This document shows positions 7,853-17,814 of a DNA stretch of 64,000 nucleotides, in pieces; within the stretch, counting starts at the first letter, position 1, and the number at the start of each line of letters is the position of its first letter. The translations under genes were made by a program, and so were the position numbers. Under the pieces are notes generated by a model. It was not told the origin of the DNA, searched no databases, and was given only the letters and a program-made list of their open reading frames with translations. Source of the stretch: an uncultured Acidobacteriota bacterium (GTDB taxonomy: Bacteria > Acidobacteriota > Terriglobia > Acidiferrales > UBA7541). The stretch covers positions 2,589 to 66,588 of the forward strand of contig CAWFSW010000008.1 of NCBI GenBank assembly GCA_963818605.1, in the 5' to 3' direction.

Positions 7853-9283
7853 ATGCGGAGGCACAGCGTGGACGGCAAAGCGTCGCCTGCATCAAAAGCG
7901 GGCGCACGGATTGAATCCGACAGCATGGGCAAGATCGAGGTGCCCAACGATCGCTACTACGGCGCGCAGACCGCGCGGTCGCTGATCCATTTCGATATCG
8001 GCACGGACAAAATGCCGCCCGAGCTGATTCGCGCGTTCGGAATCCTGAAAAAGGCCGCGGCGCTGGTCAATCAGGACCTCGGCAAACTTTCCGCCGAAAA
8101 AGCGAAACTGATCGTGCAGGCCGCCGACGAAGTGATCGCCGGAACGCTCGACGCGCATTTCCCGCTGCGCATTTGGCAGACCGGGAGCGGCACGCAGACC
8201 AACATGAACGCGAACGAGGTGATCTCGAATCGCGCCATCGAACTTTCCGGCGGCGTGATGGGCAGCAAGAAGCCGATTCATCCGAACGACGACGTCAATA
8301 TGTCGCAGTCGTCGAACGACACGTTTCCCACGGCGATGCATATCGCCGCGGCGTCGCGCGTGGCCGAGGCGCTGATTCCCGCCGTCGAACGGCTGCGCGA
8401 CGCACTCAACGCGAAAGCGCGCGCGTTTGGCGATGTGGTCAAAATCGGCCGCACGCACCTGATGGACGCGACGCCGCTCACCGTCGCGCAGGAGATGTCC
8501 GGCTGGTCGAGCCTGCTCGATCGCGACATTGCGCGGCTGAAGGAAGTGCTGCCCGGCCTCTACGACCTGGCGATTGGCGGAACGGCGGTCGGCACGGGTT
8601 TGAATTCGCCGCCGGAATTCGCCGAGCGCGCTGCGAAGAAGATCGCGGAGCTGACGGGGCTGCCGTTCAAATCTCATCCGAATAAATTCGCGGCGCTTTC
8701 CGCGCACGACGAAATCGTGTTCGCCAGCGGCGCGTTGAAGACTCTGGCCGCTTCGCTGATGAAGATTGCAAATGATGTGCGCTGGCTCGGCTCCGGCCCG
8801 CGCGCCGGACTCGGCGAGTTGATGCTGCCGGAAAACGAGCCGGGTTCGTCCATCATGCCCGGGAAAGTGAATCCCACGCAGTCCGAGGCCATGACCATGG
8901 TTGCCGTGCAGGTGATGGGCAACGACGCGGCCATCGGCTTCGCCGGCTCGCAGGGAAATTTCGAGCTGAACGTCTTCAAGCCGGTGATCATCCACAATTT
9001 CCTGAACTCAGTTCGGCTGCTCACCGATGCGTGCCGCTCGTTCACCGACCACTGCGTGCAGGGAATGGAACTCGATCGCCAGCGCATCGAACAGTACGTG
9101 AAGAATTCGCTGATGCTCGTCACCGCGCTGAACCCGAAAATCGGCTACGACAAAGCCGCGGAGATCGCCAAAAAGGCCCATCACGAAAAACTCAGCCTGC
9201 GCGACGCCGCGTTGAAGCTCGGCTACCTGACCGAAAAGGAATTCGACGAGCTGATTCGCCCCGAGAAAATGACGCGCCCGTAA
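7853..9283 (+). CDS. fumC: class II fumarate hydratase
   Basis: [25 protein letters not shown]..., [16 protein letters not shown] signature, full length. The start could also be ATG 7808. Confidence 0.95.
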   Translation: MRRHSVDGKASPASKAGARIESDSMGKIEVPNDRYYGAQTARSLIHFDIGTDKMPPELIRAFGILKKAAALVNQDLGKLSAEKAKLIVQAADEVIAGTLDAHFPLRIWQTGSGTQTNMNANEVISNRAIELSGGVMGSKKPIHPNDDVNMSQSSNDTFPTAMHIAAASRVAEALIPAVERLRDALNAKARAFGDVVKIGRTHLMDATPLTVAQEMSGWSSLLDRDIARLKEVLPGLYDLAIGGTAVGTGLNSPPEFAERAAKKIAELTGLPFKSHPNKFAALSAHDEIVFASGALKTLAASLMKIANDVRWLGSGPRAGLGELMLPENEPGSSIMPGKVNPTQSEAMTMVAVQVMGNDAAIGFAGSQGNFELNVFKPVIIHNFLNSVRLLTDACRSFTDHCVQGMELDRQRIEQYVKNSLMLVTALNPKIGYDKAAEIAKKAHHEKLSLRDAALKLGYLTEKEFDELIRPEKMTRP

Positions 9284-9418
9284 GGTGAGTTTTTCCGGGC
9301 GAACGTCGCGGCTGGTTCACAGCGGCACACATTTCAGTCGCGCACGTGCCATTATGAAACATTTTCCGCCACGTTTCTCATTTTTGGAAATTGTGAACTT
9401 TCCCATGAGAAGTTCTTT

Positions 9419-9447
9419 TTGACACGCGCGTAATGCTTTACTAAATT
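9419..9447 (+). promoter_or_regulatory. candidate sigma-70-type promoter (TTGACA-17-TAAATT) upstream of the regulator-sigma-kinase block
   Basis: TTGACA at 9419-9424 and TAAATT at 9442-9447, in an AT-rich gap 42 nt upstream of the ATG at 9489. Confidence 0.35.
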
Positions 9448-9488
9448 CAATTTCCCCTTCGTAGTGTCCCCCTTCCACTGGAGCAGTC

Positions 9489-10184
9489 ATGCGTATCCTT
9501 GTCGCCGAAAGCGACTTGTCGCTCAGTGGTTTTCTGGATCGAGAATTCCGCGCCGAGAATTATGCCGTCGATCTGGCGACGGACGCGGTCCAAGTGAAGT
9601 CGCTTGCGCGCGACCGTCATTACGACGCCGCCATTCTGGACCTCCATCTCGGTCACCACGATGGCCTCGAACTTCTGAGGAGCGTGCGCGCTGCGCACGA
9701 GCAACTTCCCATTCTGGTTCTGGCTAGCCCCGGCAACGCTGAGGATCGAGTGCAGGTCCTCGATCTGGGCGCGGATGATCTCGTCTTCAAACCGTTCGCG
9801 TTCGCGGAGCTTTCCGCGCGGGTGCGCGCGGTGCTGCGCCGCGGCGGACACTATGCGGAAACGGTGTTGCGCGTCGAGGATCTGGAGCTGAGCCGCATCG
9901 AGCGCTCGGTGAAGCGCGCTGGACGGAAGATCAAGCTCACGCCGAAGGAATTCGCTCTGCTCGAGTACCTGATGCGCAACTCCGGGCAGCGCGTGACGCG
10001 GACAGAAATCATTCAGCACGTCTGGAATATTCCCTTCGACACGATGACGAATGTGGTGGACGTGTACATCAACTACTTGCGCAAGAAAGTGGACGCGCCG
10101 TGCGAGCACAAGTTGATTCACACGGTGCGGGGCGTCGGGTACCGGCTGCAGGCGCACAACCCGCGCGACGGCCGCGCGGCTTGA
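9489..10184 (+). CDS. OmpR/PhoB-family response regulator (REC plus winged helix)
   Basis: MRILVAESD...AAILDLHL...FKPF receiver, and a C-terminal LTPKEFALLEYLMRN...VDVYINYLRKKVD...TVRGVGYRL. Confidence 0.9.
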   Translation: MRILVAESDLSLSGFLDREFRAENYAVDLATDAVQVKSLARDRHYDAAILDLHLGHHDGLELLRSVRAAHEQLPILVLASPGNAEDRVQVLDLGADDLVFKPFAFAELSARVRAVLRRGGHYAETVLRVEDLELSRIERSVKRAGRKIKLTPKEFALLEYLMRNSGQRVTRTEIIQHVWNIPFDTMTNVVDVYINYLRKKVDAPCEHKLIHTVRGVGYRLQAHNPRDGRAA

Positions 10185-10215
10185 ATCGGTGAAGGAGCAA
10201 TTCAGGGGGCCAAAT

Positions 10216-11016
10216 ATGTCAGCGGGAACAGCAGCGTTGGCGAAGCAAGTGGATGCGGCGGAGCGCGAGAGGCTTCTGCTCGAGCATCTTCCGCAAGTGC
10301 AATACGTCGCACGGCGCATTCACGGCCGGCTGCCGCAGCAGGTGCTGCTGGAGGACCTCGTTCACGCGGGAATTCTGGGCCTGATGGATGCGGTGAAGAA
10401 ATACGATCCGAGCAAGAACGTTCAGCTGAAGCACTACGCGGAATTCCGGATACGCGGCGCGATTCTCGACAGCCTGCGGCTCGTGGATTGGAGTCCGCGA
10501 GCGCTGCGACGGCAGGCGCGGCGCATGGAGCAGGCAATCAATCAGTGCAAGGCGCGGCTCGGGCGCGATCCGAACGAGACAGAGATTGCGGAAGAGATGC
10601 AGGTAAGCCTCGGAAGTCTGCAGCGGCTGCAGGGAGATTTGCGCGGTCTCGATATAGGAAGTTTGCAAGCGGATGCGGACGAACCCGGTGACCGGGAAAT
10701 GTCGCAAACGCAGGCCGAGGCGACGGAAGAGGACCCTTACCATCAGGCGCTGCGCGCGGAGACGAAGGAACTGCTCGAAAAAGCAATCGGCGAGCTTCCG
10801 GGAAGGGAACGCGAGGTGCTTGCGCTGTACCACTTCCAGGAACTGACGATGAAGCAGGTCGGCGCGATGATGCGCATCGGCGAATCGCGCGTGTCGCAGA
10901 TTCACACGTCGGCGTTGCTGCGGCTGCGCGAGCGGCTGGCGGGGACGCTCTCGGTGCGTCCGCCGCTAATGCACGCGTCGCGTGAGGCCACAACCTTGGC
11001 GCGGGTGCGGGTTTGA
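10216..11016 (+). CDS. FliA/WhiG-family (group 3) RNA polymerase sigma factor
   Basis: DLVHAGILGLMDAVKKYDPSKNVQLKHYAEFRIRGAILDSLR (region 2) and ELTMKQVGAMMRIGESRVSQIHTSALLRLR (region 4.2). AGGGGG lies upstream of the ATG at 10216. Confidence 0.85.
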   Translation: MSAGTAALAKQVDAAERERLLLEHLPQVQYVARRIHGRLPQQVLLEDLVHAGILGLMDAVKKYDPSKNVQLKHYAEFRIRGAILDSLRLVDWSPRALRRQARRMEQAINQCKARLGRDPNETEIAEEMQVSLGSLQRLQGDLRGLDIGSLQADADEPGDREMSQTQAEATEEDPYHQALRAETKELLEKAIGELPGREREVLALYHFQELTMKQVGAMMRIGESRVSQIHTSALLRLRERLAGTLSVRPPLMHASREATTLARVRV

Positions 11017-12959
11017 TGGTTACGAAAGCGATTCACGCGACTGAACGCGACCGGCTCATGGCGAAGGAGCAGACGCGCCATCTCAGCGAGACCAAGGATT
11101 CGGGCGCGAAGTATCGCGGATTATTGGAAGCCGCTCCCGACGCGATGGTGGTGGTGGACGAGAGCGGGGAAATCGTACTTCTCAACGTGCAGGCAGAGAA
11201 ACAGTTCGGGTACCGCCGCGATGAACTTGTCGGGCAGAAAGTGACGAACATTATTCCGAAAGGCTTCGCGGAGAGGTTGATCGCGGACGGCACGCGAACC
11301 ACGGCCGAAGCTCTGGCACAGCAAATCGGCACAGGGATCGAACTTTCCGGACGACGGAACGACGGAAGTGAGTTTCCGATCGAGATCATGCTGAGTCCGC
11401 TGGAAAGCGCCGAAGGAATCCTGGTGACGGCGGCGATTCGGAACATCAGCGTGCGGAAGGCGGCGGAAAAGCATTTGGCGCAGATGGAAGGAAGATATCG
11501 CGGGCTCCTGGAAGCCGCTCCGGACGCAATGGTGGTGGTGAATCAGGGCGGGGAGATCGTTCTTCTAAACGTGCAGGCGGAAAAGCAGTTCGGATATCGG
11601 CGCGACGAGCTCGTGGGGCAGAAGGTCACGAATATTATTCCGGTAGGTTTCGCGGAGCGGCTGGTCGCGGACGGACTTCGGACGGCTGCAGACGCGCTGG
11701 CGCAGCAGATCGGCACGGGAATTGAACTCACGGCGCGGCGCAAGGATGGAAGCGAGTTTCCCATCGAGATCATGCTGAGCCCGCTGGAGAGCGCCGAGGG
11801 AATTCTGGTAACGGCGGCGATCCGCGACATCAGCGTACGCAAGGATGCAGAAAAGCATCTGGCGCAAATGGAAAGCAGGTATCGCGGGCTGCTGGAGGCG
11901 GCTCCGGACGCGATGGTGGTAGTGAACCGGCGCGGAGAAATCGTGCTCCTGAACGTTCAAGCGGAGAAACAGTTCGGATACCACCGCGACGAACTCGTCG
12001 GGCAAAAGATGAAGAACATCATTCCGGAGGGATTTGCGGAGCGGCTGATCTCGGATGGTCTGCGATCGCCGGAAGACGCGCTGGCGCAGCAGATCGGTAC
12101 AGGAATCGAGCTGTATGGAAAGCGGAAGGATGGAAGCGAGTTCCCAATCGAGCTCATGCTGAGCCCGCTGGAAAGCGCCGAGGGAATTCTGGTGACGGCG
12201 GCAATTCGCGATATTAGCGTGCGCAAAACGGCCGAAACTCATCTTCTGAACAAAGTCGAGGAATTGAAACGCTCCAACGAGGAACTGGGACAATTCGCTT
12301 ACATTGCCTCGCACGACTTGCAGGAGCCGCTGCGGATGGTGGCCAGCTACACGCAGCTTTTGTCGAGACGATACAAGGGCAAGCTGGACTCCGATGCGGA
12401 TGAGTTCATCGCGTTCGCCGTGGACGGAGCCAACCGCATGCAGCGGTTGATTCAGGATCTGCTGGCCTTTTCGCGCGTGGGGACAAAGGGAACAGAGCTG
12501 CTGGATTACTCAAGTGAAGAGGCGCTCCAGCAGGCGCTGATAAACCTACGCGCGACGATCGCTGATAGCGGGGCGCAGGTGACGCACGACCCCCTTCCCA
12601 ACGTTCTGGCGGACGAGATGCAGCTAATTCAACTGTTTCAGAATCTCGTGGGCAACGCCATCAAGTACCAAGGCCCCGGGGTGCCTCACATACATGTCTC
12701 CGCCGCAAGAAACGTTGAGAAAAAATGGATATTCTCGGTGAAAGACAGTGGCTTGGGGATTGACTCGCAGTACTTCGAAAAAATCTTTGGCATGTTTCAG
12801 CGGCTGCACAAGCGAGACGAGTTCGCTGGAACGGGAATCGGTCTGGCGATCTGCAAGAAGATTGTCGAGCGGCACGGCGGCAGCATTTCCGTCGAGTCAC
12901 AACCCACGCAGGGTTCGACATTTCGATTTACCCTGGACGGAATAGAGAGGAAATCATGA
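11016..12959 (+). CDS. sensor histidine kinase with three tandem PAS domains (HisKA plus HATPase_c)
   Basis: The ATG overlaps the sigma stop (TGATG). Three 128-aa PAS units, an H-box FAYIASHDLQEPLRMV, and G-boxes DSGLGI / GTGIGLAICK. Confidence 0.9.
   Translation: MVTKAIHATERDRLMAKEQTRHLSETKDSGAKYRGLLEAAPDAMVVVDESGEIVLLNVQAEKQFGYRRDELVGQKVTNIIPKGFAERLIADGTRTTAEALAQQIGTGIELSGRRNDGSEFPIEIMLSPLESAEGILVTAAIRNISVRKAAEKHLAQMEGRYRGLLEAAPDAMVVVNQGGEIVLLNVQAEKQFGYRRDELVGQKVTNIIPVGFAERLVADGLRTAADALAQQIGTGIELTARRKDGSEFPIEIMLSPLESAEGILVTAAIRDISVRKDAEKHLAQMESRYRGLLEAAPDAMVVVNRRGEIVLLNVQAEKQFGYHRDELVGQKMKNIIPEGFAERLISDGLRSPEDALAQQIGTGIELYGKRKDGSEFPIELMLSPLESAEGILVTAAIRDISVRKTAETHLLNKVEELKRSNEELGQFAYIASHDLQEPLRMVASYTQLLSRRYKGKLDSDADEFIAFAVDGANRMQRLIQDLLAFSRVGTKGTELLDYSSEEALQQALINLRATIADSGAQVTHDPLPNVLADEMQLIQLFQNLVGNAIKYQGPGVPHIHVSAARNVEKKWIFSVKDSGLGIDSQYFEKIFGMFQRLHKRDEFAGTGIGLAICKKIVERHGGSISVESQPTQGSTFRFTLDGIERKS
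11112..12263 (+). repeat. three tandem 384-bp repeats inside the kinase gene, each encoding one PAS unit
   Basis: The YRGLLEAAPDAMVVV codons recur at 11112, 11496 and 11880. The units are near-identical at protein level. Confidence 0.85.
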
Positions 12960-13423
12960 ATCTGATCGGACGCGGCGGAGTGCCAATACAGGTTTTGTTG
13001 ATTGAAGACAGCCCCGGTGATGTCCGGCTGACGCAGGAGGCCTTCCGGAGCGCCAATCCGACTATTCATTTGCATGTAGCTTCCGACGGTGCAGAGGCTA
13101 TGGCGTTTCTGAAGCATCAGGGCGCTCATTCCGAGGCTCCCCGGCCGGATCTAATTCTATTGGACTTGAATCTTCCCAAGGTGGATGGCCGCGAGGTGCT
13201 GGCTCAGATCAAGAAAGACGAAGGTCTCAAAACGATCCCTACAATCATCCTGACGACGTCCGACGCGGAAGTGGATATCGCGAAGAGCTATCAGCTCCAG
13301 GCGAATTGCTATCTTAACAAGCCCGTGCAGTTGGATCAGTTTGAGAACCTGGTGAAGAGCATCAATGCCTTCTGGCTTGTAGACGCGAAGTTGCCAAAGC
13401 AGACGCCAAGCGGACTTATATGA
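12956..13423 (+). CDS. single-domain CheY-like response regulator (Rcp1-like)
   Basis: ATGA overlap with the kinase stop. LLIEDSPGDVRL...LILLDLNLPKVDG...NCYLNKP. Confidence 0.9.
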   Translation: MNLIGRGGVPIQVLLIEDSPGDVRLTQEAFRSANPTIHLHVASDGAEAMAFLKHQGAHSEAPRPDLILLDLNLPKVDGREVLAQIKKDEGLKTIPTIILTTSDAEVDIAKSYQLQANCYLNKPVQLDQFENLVKSINAFWLVDAKLPKQTPSGLI

Positions 13424-13514
13424 GATCGAACCGAACGCCATGGATGATCGGCGCCGTTCCAGCCAACGTCCGCTTATCCGGAGATACGAATCCGCGACGG
13501 TTTGAGAGGAAGGT

Positions 13515-13952
13515 ATGCCGATAGAGGTTCTATTAGTGGAAGACAGCGCCGGTGATGTGCGGCTGACGCAAGAAGCCTTCCGGGATGCCAACAAATCGGT
13601 CCGCTTGCATGTGGCTTCCGACGGCGTGGAGGCCATGGCATTTCTGAGGCATCAGAACTCTCACTCGAATGCTCCTCGACCAGATCTTATTCTGTTGGAT
13701 CTCAACCTCCCCAAAATGGATGGTCGCGAAGTTTTGGCCCATATCAAGGAGGACGAGAGCCTGAAAACAATCCCGACGATTGTCCTGACGACCTCAGAAT
13801 CCGAGGTGGATATCGCGAAAAGCTATGAACTCCAAGCGAACTGCTATCTCAGCAAACCAGTCCAATTGGATCAGTTCGAGACCCTGGTGAAAAGCATTAA
13901 CGATTTCTGGCTTACCAAGGTCAAATTGCCGAAGAACAGGCAAAGTTCGTGA
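13515..13952 (+). CDS. single-domain CheY-like response regulator, paralogue of the preceding gene
   Basis: Highly similar to 12956..13423 along the whole length (LLVEDSAGDVRL...LILLDLNLPKMDG...NCYLSKP). Confidence 0.9.
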   Translation: MPIEVLLVEDSAGDVRLTQEAFRDANKSVRLHVASDGVEAMAFLRHQNSHSNAPRPDLILLDLNLPKMDGREVLAHIKEDESLKTIPTIVLTTSESEVDIAKSYELQANCYLSKPVQLDQFETLVKSINDFWLTKVKLPKNRQSS

Positions 13953-14072
13953 GCAGGAATCGAATCGTGGCCCAAGAGGCGAATTGCAGTTGAAATAGTT
14001 CGGAGACCCGATCAATCGCCACGGAGATTTCAAGATGATAGAGGCCGGCTTGCTACAGCAGAGGCAAAACGA

Positions 14073-16214
14073 ATGAGCGAGAAATTGATCAACGTGCTCC
14101 TTCTGGTTGAAGACGATGCCGGAGACGCCCGTCTGCTCCGGGAGATGTTCAACGAACAGGGTTCCCAAAACACGCAGTTGACGCACGCGGAGTCCATGTG
14201 TGAGGCCGAGCAGCATCTGGGGAAGCGTGTTTTTGACATTATCCTGCTCGATCTTGGTTTGCCGGACGCCCAAGGACTGGGAGCGGTGCGCCGAGCGCGA
14301 GCCGTCGCGCCCCGCGTCCCTCTGGTGGTGCTTACCGGTCTGGATGACGAGTCACTGGCTGCGCAGGCCTTGCAAGAGGGAGCACAAGACTATCTCGTCA
14401 AGGGGCAAATTGAGGCGCGGGGACTCCTACGAGCCCTGCGTTACGCGATAGAGCGAAAGAATGCGGAAGAAGCTCTGTTCCTGGAAAAGGAACGCGCGCA
14501 GGTCACACTCAACTGTATTGGCGACGCCGTCATTTGCACCGACCTCGCCGGAAATGTCACGTTCCTCAATCTCGCCGCGGAAAAGATGACGGGATGGTTG
14601 TGGGCTGAGGCCGCGGGCCGCCCGATGGCCGACATCTTCCGAATCCTGGACGCCACCAGCCGTCAAACCAATCCGAATCCGATGGAGATGGCGGTGGGAC
14701 TCGACCGGACCGTGCACTTGCCGTTGAACTGCATCCTGATTCGCCGCGACGGATTTGAAATCCCAATCGAGGACTCGGTCGCGCCAATTCACGACCGAGA
14801 GGGGAAGGCCACGGGCGCGGTGATTGTGTTCCGTGATGTGAGCGCGGCAAGGGCGATGGCGCTGCAGATGGTCCATTCGGCCGAGCACGATTTTCTGACC
14901 GGCTTGCCCAATCGAACGCTCGTGAATGACCGGGTTAACCAGGCAATTTCGTTCGCGTCGCGTCACGCGAAAAAAGTTGCGGTTCTATTTCTGGATTTGG
15001 ACGGTTTCAAGCACATCAACGATTCGCTCGGACATGCGATCGGCGACAAACTCCTCCAGTCCATCACGAAACGCCTGGTGGATTGCGTACGCGGCTCGGA
15101 CACGGTGAGCCGGCAGGGAGGTGACGAATTCGTGGTGCTGCTTTCCGAAGTCGAACGATCGGGGGACGCAGCCATAACGGCGAGAAGGATGCTCCAGGCC
15201 GTGGCGGAAGCCCATTTCATCGATCAACACGATCTTCACGTGACCACAAGTATTGGCGTGAGCGTTTATCCCGATGACGGTCTGGACGCGGAGACGCTGA
15301 TCAAGAATGCGGACACCGCGATGTATCAGGCCAAGGAAAACGGGCGGCAGAGCTATCAGTTTTTCAAACCGGCGATGAACGTGCGAGCCGTGGAGCGGCA
15401 ATCCATTGAGGAAGGCCTGCGGCGGGCGCTGGAACGGCACGAATTCGCGCTGCACTACCAGCCCAAGGTTAATCTAAAGTCGGGAGAAATCACGGGCGCT
15501 GAAGCGCTGCTACGCTGGACGCATCCCACTCGAGGGCTCGTTCCACCCATTCAATTTATTCCCATTGCCGAAGACTGCGGCCTGATTCTGCCAATTGGCA
15601 ACTGGGTCCTTCGTGAAGCGTGCAAGCAAGCTCGGGCCTGGTTGGATGCAGGACTGCCTCTGGCGACGATGGCGGTGAATATCTCGGCGATGGAATTCCG
15701 CGACGATCGTTTCCTGCAGGGCGTGTTCGCAATCCTCCAGGAAACCGGTTTGGATCCGAGCGCGCTTGAGCTCGAACTGACTGAAAGCGTGCTGATGAAA
15801 CGCGCTGAATCCGCACAAAGCATTCTCAAGACGCTCAGGGCCAGAGGAGTACAGATTGCCGTGGATGACTTCGGCACGGGCTACTCCAGCCTAAGCTATC
15901 TGCGAAAATTTCCGATTGACGCTCTCAAGATCGACCAGTCGTTCGTTCGGCAGATCACTACTGCTCCCGACGACACGACCATCGTGACTGCGATCATCGC
16001 CATGGGGCGTAGCCTCAAGCTGCGCGTGGTTGCGGAGGGCGTGGAAACACTGGAAGAGCTGGCGTTCCTTCAGGCTCAGCAGTGTGACGAAGCACAGGGA
16101 TACTATTTCAGCCGGCCAGTGCTTGCGCAGCAATTTGCCGGACTGCTGAAAACCGGAATCGCAGAAGCTATGGCCCCCGTTTGCTCGCAAGTGGTTGGAG
16201 TACGTCAAACTTAG
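14073..16214 (+). CDS. REC-PAS-GGDEF-EAL c-di-GMP turnover protein
   Basis: Receiver (LLLVEDDAGDARL...ILLDLGLPD), PAS, an intact GGDEF motif (RQGGDEFVVLL), and an EAL domain (EALLRW...DDFGTGYSSLSYL). Confidence 0.9.
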   Translation: MSEKLINVLLLVEDDAGDARLLREMFNEQGSQNTQLTHAESMCEAEQHLGKRVFDIILLDLGLPDAQGLGAVRRARAVAPRVPLVVLTGLDDESLAAQALQEGAQDYLVKGQIEARGLLRALRYAIERKNAEEALFLEKERAQVTLNCIGDAVICTDLAGNVTFLNLAAEKMTGWLWAEAAGRPMADIFRILDATSRQTNPNPMEMAVGLDRTVHLPLNCILIRRDGFEIPIEDSVAPIHDREGKATGAVIVFRDVSAARAMALQMVHSAEHDFLTGLPNRTLVNDRVNQAISFASRHAKKVAVLFLDLDGFKHINDSLGHAIGDKLLQSITKRLVDCVRGSDTVSRQGGDEFVVLLSEVERSGDAAITARRMLQAVAEAHFIDQHDLHVTTSIGVSVYPDDGLDAETLIKNADTAMYQAKENGRQSYQFFKPAMNVRAVERQSIEEGLRRALERHEFALHYQPKVNLKSGEITGAEALLRWTHPTRGLVPPIQFIPIAEDCGLILPIGNWVLREACKQARAWLDAGLPLATMAVNISAMEFRDDRFLQGVFAILQETGLDPSALELELTESVLMKRAESAQSILKTLRARGVQIAVDDFGTGYSSLSYLRKFPIDALKIDQSFVRQITTAPDDTTIVTAIIAMGRSLKLRVVAEGVETLEELAFLQAQQCDEAQGYYFSRPVLAQQFAGLLKTGIAEAMAPVCSQVVGVRQT

Positions 16215-16400
16215 CCCTGGCGGCGTCATTGAAATTTCGGCGGCCGGCGCTTGCTTCTTTGACGACAGCGGCGAAATGCGGCGGACGCGAATCGCGATGA
16301 TAGGGATACCATCGCTTTACTCCGGCGGGCCGACGCCCAGCCGACACGCTGGAAAAACTTCACGGCAAACCGGGTCAACCCGGATCAGGAGGAACACTCA

Positions 16401-16688
16401 ATGAAGAATCGGCTCATGTATTTGTTCGCGATTGTGGCCCTCGTTTTTGCGCTGGCGTTCCCCGTGGTGGCGCCCGCAGCCCCACCGACTCCGAACCCAC
16501 AACCCACACCGGCCGCTGCTGCAGCCGAGCGGCACCACCACATTCGCGAAGCTATTGAGGCGCTACGCTCTGCGCGGGCTGACCTGATGGCCGCTTCGCA
16601 CGATTTCGGCGGACACCGCGAAGAAGCGGTCCGATCCATTGATGCGTCCATCCACCAGCTTGAAATTTGCATGCAATACGACAAGTAG
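16401..16688 (+). CDS. small secreted hypothetical protein (95 aa)
   Basis: AGGAGG upstream. Signal peptide MKNRLMYLFAIVALVFALAFPVVAPAA, a Pro-rich linker and a His-containing helical tail. Confidence 0.5.
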   Translation: MKNRLMYLFAIVALVFALAFPVVAPAAPPTPNPQPTPAAAAAERHHHIREAIEALRSARADLMAASHDFGGHREEAVRSIDASIHQLEICMQYDK

Positions 16689-16705
16689 TTGGCATTCGAG
16701 CTCAG

Positions 16706-16751
16706 CCCGGCTCGCGGCGTTGTCCCCTCGCAGATGACGCCGTGAGCCGGG
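16706..16751. terminator. long GC hairpin between convergent genes; possible bidirectional terminator
   Basis: CCCGGCTCGCGGCG ... CGCCGTGAGCCGGG forms 14 bp including one G-U pair. Only a weak T tract follows. Confidence 0.3.
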
Positions 16752-16908
16752 TGAATTTCCTCGCCGCACGAAATTCTTTTCATTTCTCCATACCTCTAAG
16801 ATGGCGCGGGTGTGCCAAGGATGTCTGCCGGGCACGGTCCCGATGCTTCGGGACTACGCCCCTACAAAGACAGGTACAGCAGTCGGGGAAAATGAGACAG
16901 ATAAACAG

Positions 16909-17814
16909 CTAGCGCGTGGCGGACGTGGTGGGACGCGCGGCACTGATCTGGTGGACGATTTGCGCGGCTAGCTTTTCGCTTGTGGCGCAGGTGGACTCGT
17001 TGATGCGGCACTGCGCGATCGTCAGTTTGCAGCCACAGGTGCAGTTTTCGGAGTTCATGCGCTTTAGCGCCAGGCGCCGCTGAGCAGGCTTGAGGCCTCT
17101 GAAGTCCACGCCGGGAAGTTCGGTGGCGTTCGCGGCGTTCTTCAGAAAAATCTCGCCGCTGTCCACGAAGGTTTCGATCGGAGCATCCACGTGTTCGCCG
17201 AGCAGGGCACGTATTTCGCGGTCGTACACTTCGCTCGGGTACAACCCGACGTGTTTTTGCACGACGCGGCCATCGGTATTCACAATGAACGAAGTGGGTA
17301 GCGCCGGTACGCCGCCATACTCGCGGGAAATTCCGTTGCTGCCCATCACGATGGGATAGTTGATTTTCTGCTCGCGGGCAAAATCGCGGACTTCTTCCGG
17401 AGTCGCGTCATCGTCTTCCGAGACGCCGATGATTAGCAGGCGGTCCTTGTAGCGATTGGCGAGATCAATCATTTCGGGGATTTCCTCGCGGCATGGTGGG
17501 CACCACGTGGCCCAGAAATTCACGATCACCACTTTGCCGCGCAACTCCGCGGTCGAAAGGACGCGTCCCTCGACATCGTTGACCAGGAAGGGCGGCATCG
17601 GCTCCGGGTTACTGGCGAAGCGGATGACCTTCGGGACGTCATCGTCGTCATCGGACGAACTATCCTGCTGCGCGCCAACAGCAGCCGGAGCGCTGCGCAC
17701 AGTCGCAATGCGGTTCGCGGCCGTGACCTTCAGCGCGTGCGTAGTAGCCAGCGCGGTGGCGAGCAAGCCGAGCGCTGCCACGAACACGATCGCGACAATG
17801 TAAAGCGTTTTCAT
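16909..17814 (-). CDS. TlpA-like thiol:disulfide oxidoreductase (thioredoxin fold) with a C-terminal Cys-rich extension
   Basis: Start trimmed to MKTLYIVAIVFVAALGLLA (membrane anchor). WATWCPPCREEIPE active site. The tail NSENCTCGCKLTIAQCRINESTC carries 5 Cys. Confidence 0.8.
   Translation of the reverse strand: MKTLYIVAIVFVAALGLLATALATTHALKVTAANRIATVRSAPAAVGAQQDSSSDDDDDVPKVIRFASNPEPMPPFLVNDVEGRVLSTAELRGKVVIVNFWATWCPPCREEIPEMIDLANRYKDRLLIIGVSEDDDATPEEVRDFAREQKINYPIVMGSNGISREYGGVPALPTSFIVNTDGRVVQKHVGLYPSEVYDREIRALLGEHVDAPIETFVDSGEIFLKNAANATELPGVDFRGLKPAQRRLALKRMNSENCTCGCKLTIAQCRINESTCATSEKLAAQIVHQISAARPTTSATR

Noticed and set aside
7892-8995. 367-aa ORF antisense to fumC. Similar long antisense or overlapping ORFs: 9447..10319, 20581..21633, 37576..38844, 46913..47953, 49301..50269, 55963..57501 and 59804..60703.
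   Set aside because: These are Arg/Ala/Pro-rich shadow ORFs, typical of high-GC DNA. Each lies opposite or overlapping a gene with unambiguous homology, and none shows a domain signature.
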